Shown: positions 62,909 through 64,000 of the stretch, one piece after another
Position numbering within the stretch: position 1 is the first letter of the stretch
How the letters are laid out: the number at the start of each line of letters is the position of its first letter
Source: Lama guanicoe
Taxonomy: Eukaryota
Direction: 5' to 3'
Assembly: GCA_013239625.1 (NCBI GenBank)
Contig: MU053629.1
Location: forward strand, 3,933,567-3,997,566
DNA length: 64,000 nucleotides
Position numbers and translations under genes: made by a program
Notes under the pieces: generated by a model
What the model saw: the letters and a program-made list of their open reading frames with translations, nothing else
Told to the model about the DNA's origin: nothing
Databases searched by the model: none

Positions 62909-64000
62909 GTCTAAATTGTCAGCAAGTCCATGGAAGGGAAAGGATGTTTTGGAGACAGAGGAAAAATAGTATTCTAAAGATCTTCTAAAAGGATAGGGGA
63001 GATGGAAACAGGGAAATCCAGCAGCAAAATTGAAAAGCAGAGCAGAAGCTTCTAAATAAGCAAGTGGTGATGGGATTTGACATAGGAATAAAGAGAAACT
63101 TGATTAAGCCAGAAAAGGCAAAGGAGAAAGAGGGAGAATGGTATAATCAGTAGTAAATATGAAATTAGGTGGGAGAAATAAAACAAAGTTCATTAGTTAT
63201 TATAGTGGCTGTGATCTGGGTGAATTCCCCTATCAGAAGTCAAAAATACCATTTCCAGTAGGTATAAAGAGAAAAATCCCTTGGGACAGAACACCTAAAA
63301 TGCTGGATACATTTTTTCAATATATTTTTTAAACATAGTTTGGAGACAGAAAAATAAGGGAGATGTCAGGGCTCAGAAGCATCAAGAAGTCTTGAGTTCA
63401 CAGAAGTAGATACGTTTGCCCAGATGGTATCTGCCTATCCCTGGTGACCCAAAGTCTGGATTTACCAGGCTACGCAGCTGATGGAACAGAAGATGACTCC
63501 TGGGGCTCAACCAAGGTGAGAAATAGGGATCCTGCATACAGCTAGGGACCCAAAATAGGAAAAGAGGTGTCTACAGAGATTTGTCTGCCTCTGTCTTCAC
63601 TGGGGTTGGAGCAGAGTAAAGAAGGGTCTTCCCTGAGAGTCTCTCAGACAAGCCCAGTTTCAAGTGTGTATGGCGCCAGAATCACATTGCCTAAATTGCT
63701 CCCAGTGCTCCCCTCCTCCAAAAATGCTAACTGAAGATGCAATTTAAAGTGATCCCCAGATGCCTGATGAAACAATTGCAAATGCTCCCGGGAGGAACAC
63801 ACTTTACATCTAGGCTGCAAAGAATTCTCACAGATAAACTTCCAGGGAACAGAAGGTCACACTGGAAAAAAAAAGGGGGGGGTGGGGGGAAGAAAATCAT
63901 TAAACAGACGCTACATGAAATGAGAATCAGCAGAAACAACACTGCTGAATCAGATCAACAATGACTGAAGATACTGGAATGATCTGTTATAAAATATAAA

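Noticed and set aside
2500..64000. Additional protein-coding genes, processed pseudogenes or CRISPR-like arrays among the many 60-190 aa ORFs
   Set aside because: No translation resembles a known cellular protein family apart from retroelement remnants, and no regularly spaced repeat-spacer array was seen.

Overview
Mammalian genomic DNA, very probably camelid (camel/alpaca lineage), judged from four copies of a tRNA-Ala-derived vic-1-type SINE. The only protein-coding sequence I can support is the last coding exon of SMAD6 (+ strand, 1549-2090, MH2 domain), followed by its 3' UTR and a poly(A) signal at 2455. The other ~61 kb is non-coding sequence downstream of SMAD6; in other mammals this is the interval toward SMAD3. 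It is rich in MIR, L2, L1, MaLR/ERV LTRs and MER DNA transposons. The most notable structures are: a 127-bp, ~97% identical inverted repeat pair 870 bp apart (47265-48388) that I cannot assign to a transposon; a deleted class III (ERVL, LTR40-type) provirus with recognisable RNase H and integrase remnants (10205-12900); an orphan CpG island with a G-quadruplex motif (43030-43620); a recent 239-bp tandem duplication ending at a SINE target site; a solo LTR with a perfect 4-bp TSD; and several candidate enhancer and CTCF sites. I see no evidence of a novel coding system. Repeat family names come from recall of consensus sequences, not from a database search, and repeat boundaries are approximate unless a TSD is given.
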